Part shown: positions 38,052 to 47,515 of the stretch, piece by piece
Layout: every line of letters begins with the position of its first letter
How positions within the stretch are numbered: the stretch's first letter is position 1
Assembly: GCA_937871295.1 (NCBI GenBank)
Contig: CALMRE010000243.1
Coordinates: 1,027-65,026, forward strand
DNA from: an uncultured bacterium
Lineage (GTDB): Bacteria > UBP6 > UBA1177 > JAKLFG01
DNA: 64,000 bases
Direction: 5' to 3'
Notes under the pieces: generated by a model
What the model was told of the DNA's origin: nothing
What the model saw: the letters and a program-made list of their open reading frames with translations, nothing else
Databases searched by the model: none
Made by a program: the position numbers and the translations under genes

Positions 38052-39410
38052 CTACAGTTCCTCGTCGCCCGTCATTTTCCGGTAGATGGTGCGCTCCGAG
38101 ATGTCGAGCAGCTGGGCCGTCTTCGCCTTGTTGCCGCCGGTGAAACGGAGCGTCGCCTGTATGACCTCTTTCTCTATCTCTTTCATGTTCCGCTCACCCA
38201 GCCGGAACGAATAGATCGTCTGCGCCGCCGCCCCGTCGATGCCGGGGACCGGTTCTTCGGGCTCGGGCCGCTCGCCCGCCGTCAGCACCCAGCGCGCCAC
38301 GGCGTGTTCCAGTTCGCGGATATTGCCGGGCCAGTCGCGTTCGATGAAACGCGCCAGCGTCGCCTCGTCGGGTTGGCGCGACGGTTTTTTGTACTGCGCC
38401 GAGAAACGGTCGACGAAGAATTTCACCAGCGGCGGTATGTCCTCGCGCCGTTCCCGCAGTGACGGAACGCGGAGGGTGAAGCGCGAGATGCGATAGTAGA
38501 GATCCTGACGGAAGCGCTCCTTCACGATCTCCTTCTCGAGGTCCTTGTTGGTGGCGGCGATGACCCGCACATCGCTGCGGACCGGCGTCGAGGCGCCGAC
38601 CGGCAGATATTCCCGTTCCTGCATGAAGCGCAGGAGTTTCGGCTGAAGCGCGAGCGGCATCTCGCCGATCTCGTCGATGAACAGCGTCCCCCCCTCGGCC
38701 GCCCCGACATAGCCGGGCGAATTGCGATCGGCCCCGGTGAAGGCCCCTTTCTTGAAACCGAAGAGTTCCGATTCGATGAGGTTCGGATGGACCGCCGCCG
38801 CGTTGAAGGCGACGAAGGGACGCCGGGCGCGCGGGCTTTCATTAAGTATATAGCGGGCGATGAGTTCCTTGCCGGTCCCCGATTCGCCGGTGATGAGCGC
38901 GGTGTCGTCGGTGCGCGCCACCTCGGCCGCCGACTCCATGAGCCGCCGCATCTTCTCCGACACATGGACGATGCGGTACCGGTCCTCCTGCAACGATTCG
39001 ATCTCGCGCCGGAGCCGTTTATTCTCTTCGCGCAGGCTGAGCGTCTCGGCCGCCTTCTCTATCTGCTGGAGAAGCACCTTGTAGTTGACCGGCTTGGTCA
39101 GGAAGTTGAACGCCCCCTTCTGCATCGCCTTGACCGCCGTCTCGACGTTGCCGTAGGCGGTGATCACGATGACCGGGATGTCGGCGTCGAGTTCGTGGAC
39201 CGCCTCCATCAGGTCGATACCGTCGAACCCGCCCGGCATCAGGAGATCGGTGAGGACCAGCGACAGCGACTCGATCTCGCGCTTGAGTATCCCCATCGCC
39301 TCGATGCCCGACTGCGCGGTGAGAATGTCGTAGCCCTGCTTCTCGAGTATCTGGCGCATCGTGCCCAGAAGCGCCGCCTCGTCGTCGATAAGGAGTATGC
39401 GATGTTTCAT
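38052..39410 (-). CDS. sigma54-dependent NtrC/Fis-family transcriptional activator (receiver + AAA+ + HTH)
   Basis: From the ATG at 39408-39410. Walker A GESGTGKE, a GAFTGA-like GAFTGADRN, and a C-terminal HTH KTAQLLDISERTIYRKM. Confidence 0.85.
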   Translation of the reverse strand: MKHRILLIDDEAALLGTMRQILEKQGYDILTAQSGIEAMGILKREIESLSLVLTDLLMPGGFDGIDLMEAVHELDADIPVIVITAYGNVETAVKAMQKGAFNFLTKPVNYKVLLQQIEKAAETLSLREENKRLRREIESLQEDRYRIVHVSEKMRRLMESAAEVARTDDTALITGESGTGKELIARYILNESPRARRPFVAFNAAAVHPNLIESELFGFKKGAFTGADRNSPGYVGAAEGGTLFIDEIGEMPLALQPKLLRFMQEREYLPVGASTPVRSDVRVIAATNKDLEKEIVKERFRQDLYYRISRFTLRVPSLRERREDIPPLVKFFVDRFSAQYKKPSRQPDEATLARFIERDWPGNIRELEHAVARWVLTAGERPEPEEPVPGIDGAAAQTIYSFRLGERNMKEIEKEVIQATLRFTGGNKAKTAQLLDISERTIYRKMTGDEEL

Positions 39411-39548
39411 AACCTCTCCATTTCCCTCCGAAAACAATTCATTGTACCGATTCGGCGCATGAGCGCAAGGTATTTCTTGAAAAAAGCGTACAGGCACGGT
39501 ATAATCGCCGCGTTAGTGTTTTCGCGGCCTTATTACACGGGGGTGCCG

Positions 39549-40553
39549 ATGCGAAAGGCTCTCGTAAGCGTTTTATTCCCGCTCTTCCTGCTCCTGTCGG
39601 GGTGCGGTGCCGACGCCGAAAAAACCTACCTGCTGACGCTCGATTTCACCTTCGACGCGCAGGAGGCGACCGACTGCACCAGTTACCTCGCCGACAAGTT
39701 CGCGGTGACCGTCTATGACGATGCGTTCGATGTGCGCACCGTGAAGAGTTTCCCCTGCGCCAAGGAGCCGTCGCCCGCCGCCGTCGATCTGCCGGCCGGC
39801 ACCTACTACCTCACGGTCGCTCTGCAGGACGCCAACGGCAACATCAAGAGTTGGGGCTCGGCGCAGACCCTGCTCGCCAAGGACGGAACGCTCGCGGTCG
39901 CCATGCGGCAGTACCGCGGCGGCATCACGCTCCAGTGGGGACAAACCCTATGCGACGACCTCGGCATCGGCCTGTTCACGGTGACCGCGACGCGCGACGG
40001 CGATCCGGTCAGCGCGGTGGTCTGGGGCGCCGAAAAAGAGGTGACCGATCTCGCCATCCTCTGCAATGCCAAGAAGTTCGCGATACAGAACATCGAGGCG
40101 GGTTCCTACACCCTTTCGGTGCAGGGCTTCCGTTCGGCCGATTCCGACCGGCCCCGCGCCGGGTCCGACATTCCCCCGTTCATCGTGACCGCGGGACAGG
40201 ACTCGGCGGTGCCGCTGGGCGAACATCTCACCCTCACGGTCTCCGACCTCGCGGTCTTGTGGGAGTTCGACAGCAAGAGCATCGCCTCCTGCGCCGACGC
40301 CGGCGTTGCGGAAGTGCGCGCCACCGCCGTCCCGACGGCGGGCGAGGCCTTCACGCAGACGGCCGCATGCGACCTTGCGGGGAAACGGACCTTCTATTTC
40401 TACGACCTCCCGGCGGAGGATTACACCGTGACGGTCGACGGTCTCGACGCCGGCGGAGAGGCGACCTACACCGGACATAAAGTGCTGACCATCGAACCGG
40501 GCAAGGTGGGGAAGAACGGCTATACGGTCGACATCTTCATAAAACAAGAATAG
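39549..40553 (+). CDS. lipoprotein, hypothetical
   Basis: ATG at 39549 and lipobox LLLSGCG. The upstream part of the track ORF is antisense to the sigma54 activator gene. Confidence 0.55.
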   Translation: MRKALVSVLFPLFLLLSGCGADAEKTYLLTLDFTFDAQEATDCTSYLADKFAVTVYDDAFDVRTVKSFPCAKEPSPAAVDLPAGTYYLTVALQDANGNIKSWGSAQTLLAKDGTLAVAMRQYRGGITLQWGQTLCDDLGIGLFTVTATRDGDPVSAVVWGAEKEVTDLAILCNAKKFAIQNIEAGSYTLSVQGFRSADSDRPRAGSDIPPFIVTAGQDSAVPLGEHLTLTVSDLAVLWEFDSKSIASCADAGVAEVRATAVPTAGEAFTQTAACDLAGKRTFYFYDLPAEDYTVTVDGLDAGGEATYTGHKVLTIEPGKVGKNGYTVDIFIKQE

Positions 40554-40567
40554 TATCGGGGGAATTC

Positions 40568-40960
40568 ATGCTGACCAAGAAACAGACCGAACATTTTCGC
40601 AAGAAACTGACGGCCGAACTGCGCGAGATCGAGGAACGGAACAAGGAAAAGGTCGAAGAACTCGAAAGCGAGACCAACGACCCCTCCGAAAAATTCCACG
40701 GCGACGAGGCCGATCAGGCCAACTTCCTCGAGGAGCGCTCGCGCCTCCTGCGCCTGCGCGACCGCGACCGCAAACTCATCAACAAACTGCACGAGATGCT
40801 CGCCAAGATCGACAACGGCACCTACGGCGTCTGCGCGGCCTGCGGCATGGACATCGGCGTCGACCGGCTCGAGATGCGCCCGGTGGCGAACCTCTGCATC
40901 GAGTGCAAGAAGGAACAGGAAGAACGCGAAGAGCGCGACAAGGCGCTCAAACGGAGATAA
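40568..40960 (+). CDS. DksA/TraR-family C4 zinc-finger protein
   Basis: CAACGMDIGVDRLEMRPVANLCIEC four-Cys finger preceded by a coiled-coil region. Confidence 0.75.
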   Translation: MLTKKQTEHFRKKLTAELREIEERNKEKVEELESETNDPSEKFHGDEADQANFLEERSRLLRLRDRDRKLINKLHEMLAKIDNGTYGVCAACGMDIGVDRLEMRPVANLCIECKKEQEEREERDKALKRR

Positions 40961-40965
40961 TCCCG

Positions 40966-41820
40966 ATGCTTTCCCACGCCATCATTCCGGCCGCGGGTCT
41001 CGCCACCCGATTCCTGCCCGCATCCAAAGCGATACCCAAGGAAGCCTTCCCGCTCTACGACCGCCCCGTCATACAGCATATCGCCGAAGAGGCGGCGCAG
41101 GCGGGCATCCATAACATCGTGCTGGTCACCTCCGAAGGCAAGGAGGCCATCACCGATCATTTCGACCGCATCAACCCCAAGTTCCTGCAAGGCAAACTGC
41201 CCGAAGAGATCATGCGGGAACTCGAACGGCTCGAAGAGCTCGCCGAGGTCATCGCGGTCCGCCAGAAAAGTCAGAAAGGGCTCGGTCACGCCGTCCTGCG
41301 CGGTATGACCGCCGTTCCGACCGACCCCTTCGCGGTGATGCTCCCCGACATGTTCCTCGTATCGCGCGATCCCGACAACGTGATGGTGCGGATGAAACGG
41401 CTCTATGAGCAGCACGACCGCCCCGTGATAGCGCTGATGCGGGTCCCCGACGACGACCGCAAACGCTACGGCATGGCCGAAGGGGAGGAGCGTGACGGCT
41501 TTTTCGAGATACGGCGGCTGGTCGAAAAACCGGGCATCGCGGGGACCGCATCGAACCTCGCCATCGTCGGTCGCTACCTGCTCCCCAGCGCCATCGGGCC
41601 GATACTGGAAAAAACGATCCCCGGCGCGAAGGGGGAGATACAGCTCACCGACGCGCTCAATACGCTGTGCAGCAAACAGCCGATGCTCGGACTGGTCCTG
41701 CGCGACGACGATCTGGTGTTCGACGCGGGCGACAAGGACGGCTACGCCTACGCCAACGCCTATCTCGCCGCAAAGCGGGTCCCCGGGTTCATTGAAACAC
41801 TGCGCCGCATGACCTCATAG
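40966..41820 (+). CDS. galU: UTP--glucose-1-phosphate uridylyltransferase
   Basis: AIIPAAGLATRFLPASKAIPKE is the GalU N-terminal nucleotidyltransferase motif. VRQKSQKGLGHAV is also present. Confidence 0.85.
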   Translation: MLSHAIIPAAGLATRFLPASKAIPKEAFPLYDRPVIQHIAEEAAQAGIHNIVLVTSEGKEAITDHFDRINPKFLQGKLPEEIMRELERLEELAEVIAVRQKSQKGLGHAVLRGMTAVPTDPFAVMLPDMFLVSRDPDNVMVRMKRLYEQHDRPVIALMRVPDDDRKRYGMAEGEERDGFFEIRRLVEKPGIAGTASNLAIVGRYLLPSAIGPILEKTIPGAKGEIQLTDALNTLCSKQPMLGLVLRDDDLVFDAGDKDGYAYANAYLAAKRVPGFIETLRRMTS

Positions 41821-41827
41821 GAACACC

Positions 41828-42421
41828 ATGTACAATCATCTTCTATCGCTCCTGTTGCTTCTCGGCTTCTTCCTCACTCCCCAGCAGATGGCCCAGCAGC
41901 TGCTCAAAAAAACGGTGATCGATCTGCCGCGCATCGAAGTGAAGGGGACCCTCGAAGGAACGCCCGCCACCCCCCTCACCATTGTCTACGACCGCCAGAA
42001 GGACGAAGCGACGCTGACGGCGGGAACGACCGCGACCGTGTTCGCCGCCGAAAAGATGCCGCCGTGGCTGCGCCTCTTTTTCTGGAAGAACACCGACCTC
42101 AAAGGGACCGAACAGGCCGACCTCTTCGTCGCCTATCTGGGCAAACTCGGCATAGACACCGAAAAGAAACTGCTTGCCACCACCGGCCCCGAAGGAGAAC
42201 TCCTCTACCTGTTCGGCCGCGACGCGGCGACCTCCGACGCGCCCCATCTGGCGCTCTACCGCACCAACATGCTTCCCTTCCGCCTTTCGGCCGGCGGCGT
42301 CGAGGCGATCTTCAGCGACTACCATAAAAGCGTCCTGCCGCTCGCCTTTCCGGGGCGGATCGAACTACGGGAGAACGGCACCGTTATCACCTATTCCTTC
42401 GTGAGAGATGAATATCGCTAA
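41828..42421 (+). CDS. secreted hypothetical protein
   Basis: Signal peptide, 197 aa, no recognisable domain. Confidence 0.45.
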   Translation: MYNHLLSLLLLLGFFLTPQQMAQQLLKKTVIDLPRIEVKGTLEGTPATPLTIVYDRQKDEATLTAGTTATVFAAEKMPPWLRLFFWKNTDLKGTEQADLFVAYLGKLGIDTEKKLLATTGPEGELLYLFGRDAATSDAPHLALYRTNMLPFRLSAGGVEAIFSDYHKSVLPLAFPGRIELRENGTVITYSFVRDEYR

Positions 42422-42911
42422 GGGCATCGCCATCACCCTGTGCGCGGCGCTGCTTTTGTGCGCCTGCAAGGGCTCCTCGGATGAAACGAGGCTCAAACGG
42501 CGCGAGATCATTTACCACTTCAGCGATATGAAAGAGGACTGCGTGGCGCTCTTCGGCGAGGGGGCTATCCGCAACATCACTCCGGCGCAGGCGCTTGCCG
42601 ATCTCGGGGAAAATCTCGCCGATCTTCGCTATATCGGCATCGAGAACGGCCACATGCATATCGATCTGCCGTGGCCCTACGACGACATCGACGTTCCCGT
42701 CAACATGGAAAAGAACGCCGACGCGCTCCACATCAAGGGCATCTACGGCAAGATATCCCTTTCGTTCACCGCCTACGCATTCGACGAAAATAGCGCGGTC
42801 CTGCGGCTCGACGGCAAATTCTGTCACGCCATGCCCGACCTGCTTAAGGAGAATGTGCTGGCAAACTGCATCAAGAATGTCGTGAAAAAGATCAGGAACG
42901 TCCGTGACTGA
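42408..42911 (+). CDS. lipoprotein, hypothetical
   Basis: Lipobox LLLCAC, 167 aa. Confidence 0.45.
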   Translation: MNIAKGIAITLCAALLLCACKGSSDETRLKRREIIYHFSDMKEDCVALFGEGAIRNITPAQALADLGENLADLRYIGIENGHMHIDLPWPYDDIDVPVNMEKNADALHIKGIYGKISLSFTAYAFDENSAVLRLDGKFCHAMPDLLKENVLANCIKNVVKKIRNVRD

Positions 42912-44895
42912 TCGTTTCGCCCTTCTGGTGATACCGCGCCCCGGCATCGACGAACTCTACTACCGTCTCGACGAAGGAATGGCCGCCGGGCCGGGAGACA
43001 TCGTCGAGATAGAACTGAAGAAAGAACTCATCTGGGCCTTTGTGCGCGAAACGACCGGCGCCCTCCCCGACGCGCTGCGCGACCTCCCCTGCAAATCGGT
43101 CCGCCGCGTCATATCGGATACCCCGCTGTTCCGGGACCGGCGCGAGACCGCGTTCCTCGAATGGCTCGCCGGGTACTACCTCTTTCCCTTCCCGAAACTC
43201 ATCAAACAGATCTTCGCCCCCTTCATCTCGGCGGCGAACAATCTGCCGCGCCGCACCGAACGCGCCGAGGCGCCGCTCCGTCCCCATGAACCGGCGACCC
43301 TCACCGCCGATCAGGCGGCGGTCGCCGGACGGATAGGCGACCGCTGGCGACGCGGCGACACGCGGCCGACGCTCCTGTACGGCGTTACCGGCAGCGGCAA
43401 GAGCGAGCTCTACGCGGCGCTCTGCCGCGAACAGTTCGCCGCCGGGAAACAGGTGCTTTACCTCGTCCCCGAGGTGAGTCTTACCGCCGGGACCCTGCGC
43501 CATCTCGAGACGCGGCTCGGCGAGAAGGTGCTCCTGCTCCACAGTTACCTCACGCCGAAAAAACGTTTCGCCGCCTTCTCGCAGGCGCTCCGCGGCGAGG
43601 CGAAGATCATCGTCGGCACCCGCTCGGCGCTTCTCTATCCGCTCACCGGACTGGGGCTCATCATCGTCGACGAGGAACACGATCCGAGTTACAAGAACAT
43701 AGAACCGCCCTACTATCACGCCCGCGACGCCGCAGTGATGAAGGGGCACCTGCTCGACCTGCCGGTCCTGCTGGGAAGCGCAACACCCTCCTCCGAATCG
43801 TGGCACAACGCCCGCAGCGGCAAATATCACCTCGAACGGCTGACGCGCCGCGCCAATGACCGGCCGCCCCCGCCGGTGCGGCTATTCCCCTATCACGGCG
43901 ACACCTACCTCCCCTCGGAACTGGTCGACGCGGTCCGCGACGGCGTCGCACGGAAGGAGCAGACGCTCTTCTTCATCAACCGCCGCGGTTTTTCGACCAT
44001 CGCCCTCTGCCGCGCCTGTGAAGAGATCCAGAAATGCCCCCGCTGTCAGGTCGCCCTCGTCTATCATAAACGGAAGAACGCACTGCTGTGCCACCACTGC
44101 AACTTCTCCCGGCCGGTCGCCCCCTGCGCCGCCTGCGGAGAAGAGGACCTCTCTCTGGAGGGAGCCGGTATCGAACGACTCGCCGCTACCCTGCGCGAAC
44201 TCTTCCCCGCCGCTTCGGTCGTCTCCATCGACCGCGACAGTCTTCCCAACGAAACGGCCCTCTCGAAGGAACTGGCGGCCATAGAGACCGGCGGCCACGA
44301 TCTCATCGCCGGCACCGTCATGATCAGCAAAGGACACAACTTCCCGGCTTTGCGCCGCGTGGTGGTCAAACACGCCGATTTTCTCCTTTCGCTGTCGGAC
44401 TACCGCGCCGCCGAGCGCTGTTTCCAAGTGGTCACGCAGGTGGCCGGACGCGCCGGACGGTTCGATCTCCCCGGCGAAGTATGGGCCGAAGCGCTCAAGC
44501 GCGACCATTACATCTGGAATTATCTGCCCTCGTACGATTTCGAGGGTTTCATGACCGAAGAACTTGAGTGGCGCGAACAACTCGCATTGCCCCCCTTCTC
44601 GCGGCTCGCCGTGATCAAGATCGTCGCGCCCACCGAGGAAAAAGCGGACGCTACGGCGCGGGCGATCTATGACGACCTGCGTCGGAAATTCGCGGGAAAA
44701 AAGGTGCGCCTGCTGCCGCCGGTCGCCCCGCCGCTCCAACGCATCCACAACAAATACCGCCGCCATATCGTCCTGTCGGCGCCGAGTCTGCGGTCCGTTT
44801 CTCCGCTTCTCGCCGACCTCATCGCGCTCCACGGGAAACGGCGCGGCATCATCGTCACCTGCGATATCGACGCGCTGTCGACGGTACAGGTCTGA
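42904..44895 (+). CDS. priA: primosomal protein N' (replication restart helicase)
   Basis: GTG start. Walker A GVTGSGKSE, DEAH-like IIVDEEHD, and a Cys4 zinc-binding CRACEE...CPRCQ...CHHC...CAACGE region. Confidence 0.9.
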   Translation: MTDRFALLVIPRPGIDELYYRLDEGMAAGPGDIVEIELKKELIWAFVRETTGALPDALRDLPCKSVRRVISDTPLFRDRRETAFLEWLAGYYLFPFPKLIKQIFAPFISAANNLPRRTERAEAPLRPHEPATLTADQAAVAGRIGDRWRRGDTRPTLLYGVTGSGKSELYAALCREQFAAGKQVLYLVPEVSLTAGTLRHLETRLGEKVLLLHSYLTPKKRFAAFSQALRGEAKIIVGTRSALLYPLTGLGLIIVDEEHDPSYKNIEPPYYHARDAAVMKGHLLDLPVLLGSATPSSESWHNARSGKYHLERLTRRANDRPPPPVRLFPYHGDTYLPSELVDAVRDGVARKEQTLFFINRRGFSTIALCRACEEIQKCPRCQVALVYHKRKNALLCHHCNFSRPVAPCAACGEEDLSLEGAGIERLAATLRELFPAASVVSIDRDSLPNETALSKELAAIETGGHDLIAGTVMISKGHNFPALRRVVVKHADFLLSLSDYRAAERCFQVVTQVAGRAGRFDLPGEVWAEALKRDHYIWNYLPSYDFEGFMTEELEWREQLALPPFSRLAVIKIVAPTEEKADATARAIYDDLRRKFAGKKVRLLPPVAPPLQRIHNKYRRHIVLSAPSLRSVSPLLADLIALHGKRRGIIVTCDIDALSTVQV

Positions 44896-44909
44896 CGCTT
44901 TTTTAATTC

Positions 44910-46061
44910 TTACGAGAAAACGAGCAGATCGGGCTTGAAGACAAGGATAAGTCCGAGCGCCAGCATCAGGGCCCCCGAGACGAGTTTGAGCACCTTCGCG
45001 TGCTTCTCCTGGAACCGGTATTTACCCATCGTCGCCACGAACAGGAACACGATGACGGCGAGCGGAATGACATAGTAGACATTGTAGAGCGCCATGTAGA
45101 GATACTTCGGCAGGGTGCCGATATCCTGTATCGAAAGGACCCGCGTGTAGATGGCGGGGAGCCCTATCGTGCAGCCGAGTTCTATCAGATTGACGAAGAA
45201 GGCGAGCGCCACGGTGCCGGCAAAGGCAAGCCAGGTGTCGCCCTGATTCATGATCCGGCGCATCTTCTCGAAGAGTTTCGGCTTGGCGCTCTCCGGGATC
45301 ATGAGGCTCACCCCTTTTTTGAAGAAGAAGAACTCCTTCATGTTGATGAGACCCATGAGGACCGCGACCAATCCGAGCGTGATGGTCACATAGTCCTTGA
45401 TGCCGAGGAACATGAAGATGTTGAGCCACGCCGTCATAAAGAGAAAATAGACGATCGCCGACGAGGCGACGAATACGCTTCCGATCATGATAAGTTTTTT
45501 CCGGCTCCCGGCGTTGACCAGCAAAGTCAGCAGGAACATGAGCACCCACATCGCGCAGGGATTGATGCCGTCCAGCAGGCCGATGACGAAGGTGAACGAC
45601 GGCAGGCTCACCAGATGGGGATCTATCGTACCGAAAACGGGGATATGGATGAGTTTATCGGTACGGTCGCCGCAGGTCTGGGGACTGCTCAGATATTCGT
45701 CCAGCATCTGTTCGAGCATACGATCGTGGACCCCTTTCCGGAAACCTATCACCGATTTCGTACCAAGAATGAAGGTCGGAACGCCGCGGCTCTCTATATG
45801 GAGTTCCTCACATTTCTTCTTGAACAGTTCGCGGTTCTCTTCGCTTTTCGAGACCTCATACTCGTGAAAGGTTATCTGCGGGTAGCGCCCCTTGAGTTCC
45901 TGAATGAAGGGATGCGCCTCTTTGCAGTGGGGACAGGAGAGTGAATAGAAGAAGTAGAAATCATGGTCGTGGTCATGACCGCCGCCCGGCAGCTGCGCCG
46001 ACAGGATGAACGGCGCCGTAATAAGGAGCGCCGCCAGAAGGAGAACTATTCGACCGCGCAT
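44910..46061 (-). CDS. thioredoxin-like (CPHC) domain fused to a DsbD/CcdA-type cytochrome c biogenesis transmembrane domain
   Basis: From the ATG at 46059-46061. Signal peptide, an HDHDHD stretch, SCPHCKEA Trx motif, then polytopic TM with conserved Cys (GINPCAMW ... ELGCTIGLP). Confidence 0.7.
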   Translation of the reverse strand: MRGRIVLLLAALLITAPFILSAQLPGGGHDHDHDFYFFYSLSCPHCKEAHPFIQELKGRYPQITFHEYEVSKSEENRELFKKKCEELHIESRGVPTFILGTKSVIGFRKGVHDRMLEQMLDEYLSSPQTCGDRTDKLIHIPVFGTIDPHLVSLPSFTFVIGLLDGINPCAMWVLMFLLTLLVNAGSRKKLIMIGSVFVASSAIVYFLFMTAWLNIFMFLGIKDYVTITLGLVAVLMGLINMKEFFFFKKGVSLMIPESAKPKLFEKMRRIMNQGDTWLAFAGTVALAFFVNLIELGCTIGLPAIYTRVLSIQDIGTLPKYLYMALYNVYYVIPLAVIVFLFVATMGKYRFQEKHAKVLKLVSGALMLALGLILVFKPDLLVFS

Positions 46062-46084
46062 GGCACCTCCGGAGAAGGGACTGC

Positions 46085-46130
46085 TGTAAAACAAACCGGC
46101 GGCCGATTATATTCCAAATCGACCGCCGGT
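46085..46130 (-). terminator. probable rho-independent terminator downstream of the Cys-rich lipoprotein gene
   Basis: 12-bp stem with one mismatch (ACCGGCGGCCGA at 46095-46106, TCGACCGCCGGT at 46119-46130). On the minus strand it is followed by TTTGTTTTAC. Confidence 0.5.
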
Positions 46131-46172
46131 CAAAATTATCGCGAAACTAAGAAAGAACGGAGAGAGCGGAAC

Positions 46173-46970
46173 TTAGTAGCAGTAGCCCTGAATGCAGGGC
46201 TGGCCCGAACAGCAGGTATCGTTCTCGGAGCATACTTCGCCGGCCGGGATGCACTCCTTCGCGTTGAGAAGCATTAGCGCCGACCCGGTGTTGCAGGTGG
46301 TGGTGTTCTCGTAGCAGAGCAGGTCGCCGGTCTTGCATTCGAAGCACTTGGCGTTCGGATCGGTCGAATTGTAGGTCTGGCACTTGGTCTCGCCCACCTT
46401 GCAGGCGGCCGGGACGCACTGGGTGCCGCCCATGTACACTTCGCCCTGCTTGCAAATGCCGCAGGTGGCAAGAGCCGCGGTGGCCATGCACTTGAGGGCG
46501 GTGAAACCCTTGTCGGCGTAGCAGCAGCCGGCGGGGCAACTGGCCTCGCTGCAGGCTCCGCTCGAGGCGGTGGCGTTCACGCAGCGGCCGAGTTTGGTAT
46601 TACAGGTGGTGCCGGCGAAATTGGCGCAGTCGGCGGCGCTGGCGCACCCGGCGGCGCACTTCGCGTTGACGCAGATGAGCGGGGTCCCGCATTCGGTGTC
46701 GGTCTTGCAGTTCTTGCCGATATTCGGGCTGTCGATGTCGGACACTTCGGTGTCGGTGACCGGATCGTCGGTGACCGGCTCATCGCTGTCGGTGACCGGC
46801 GTGTCGGTGACCGGCGTATCGGTGTCGGGCAACTGGTTATCGGGTTTCACCGTGTCGGTGTCTCCGATGACGGTGGTGTCGGTGGTGATGATGTTCGGAT
46901 CCTCGGCGGAACAGGCGAGGACGAACAGGGCCATCAGGAACATCGCTGCGATGAACGCCGTTTTCTTCAT
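46173..46970 (-). CDS. lipoprotein with a DTPVTD acidic repeat linker and a Cys-rich C-terminal domain
   Basis: From the ATG at 46968-46970, preceded by GGAGG. Lipobox VLACS and about 36 Cys residues. Confidence 0.6.
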   Translation of the reverse strand: MKKTAFIAAMFLMALFVLACSAEDPNIITTDTTVIGDTDTVKPDNQLPDTDTPVTDTPVTDSDEPVTDDPVTDTEVSDIDSPNIGKNCKTDTECGTPLICVNAKCAAGCASAADCANFAGTTCNTKLGRCVNATASSGACSEASCPAGCCYADKGFTALKCMATAALATCGICKQGEVYMGGTQCVPAACKVGETKCQTYNSTDPNAKCFECKTGDLLCYENTTTCNTGSALMLLNAKECIPAGEVCSENDTCCSGQPCIQGYCY

Positions 46971-47515
46971 TGTATGACCTCCATACTGTGAAATAACATC
47001 AAGCATGATGTAGCGCGACTATAGCACAAAAGCAACAGATTTCAACTATTTTTTTGGTGTTTTGAGATGAAGTGTTTGATTTTATTAGGCCTGCGGCATT
47101 TTTAAGCTCTTTTCTCACGCACGCACCCTCAAAATGCACACACAAAACGGTACAAACATACTTTAGACCGCACTCCCGGAAAAAAAGTTCCGGTAAAAAA
47201 AAGAGAGTTTTTTTCTTGACAAGAGCCGCCGGTACACGATAAGCACAGCGCGGAACTATTCTGTGGGATGGGTGGCCCCGGTGTATCGCGCTATCATGCC
47301 TCTTTTTTTCATTACCGTTCTTTTCTCGACCGAGTTCCGCAGCATCTTCCAGACCGACGGAAAAACATACTATGCCGTTGTTTTTTCTCTTAGTTTCTCG
47401 GAAGACCCGGAGGAAAAAAGAGTCGTCGTGCCCGAACTGCTACGTGAAAATTCCGTCTATCTTTCGATACAGGAAGCGATGTACATCAGGAACCGACTTG
47501 AGGAGATACTGGACG

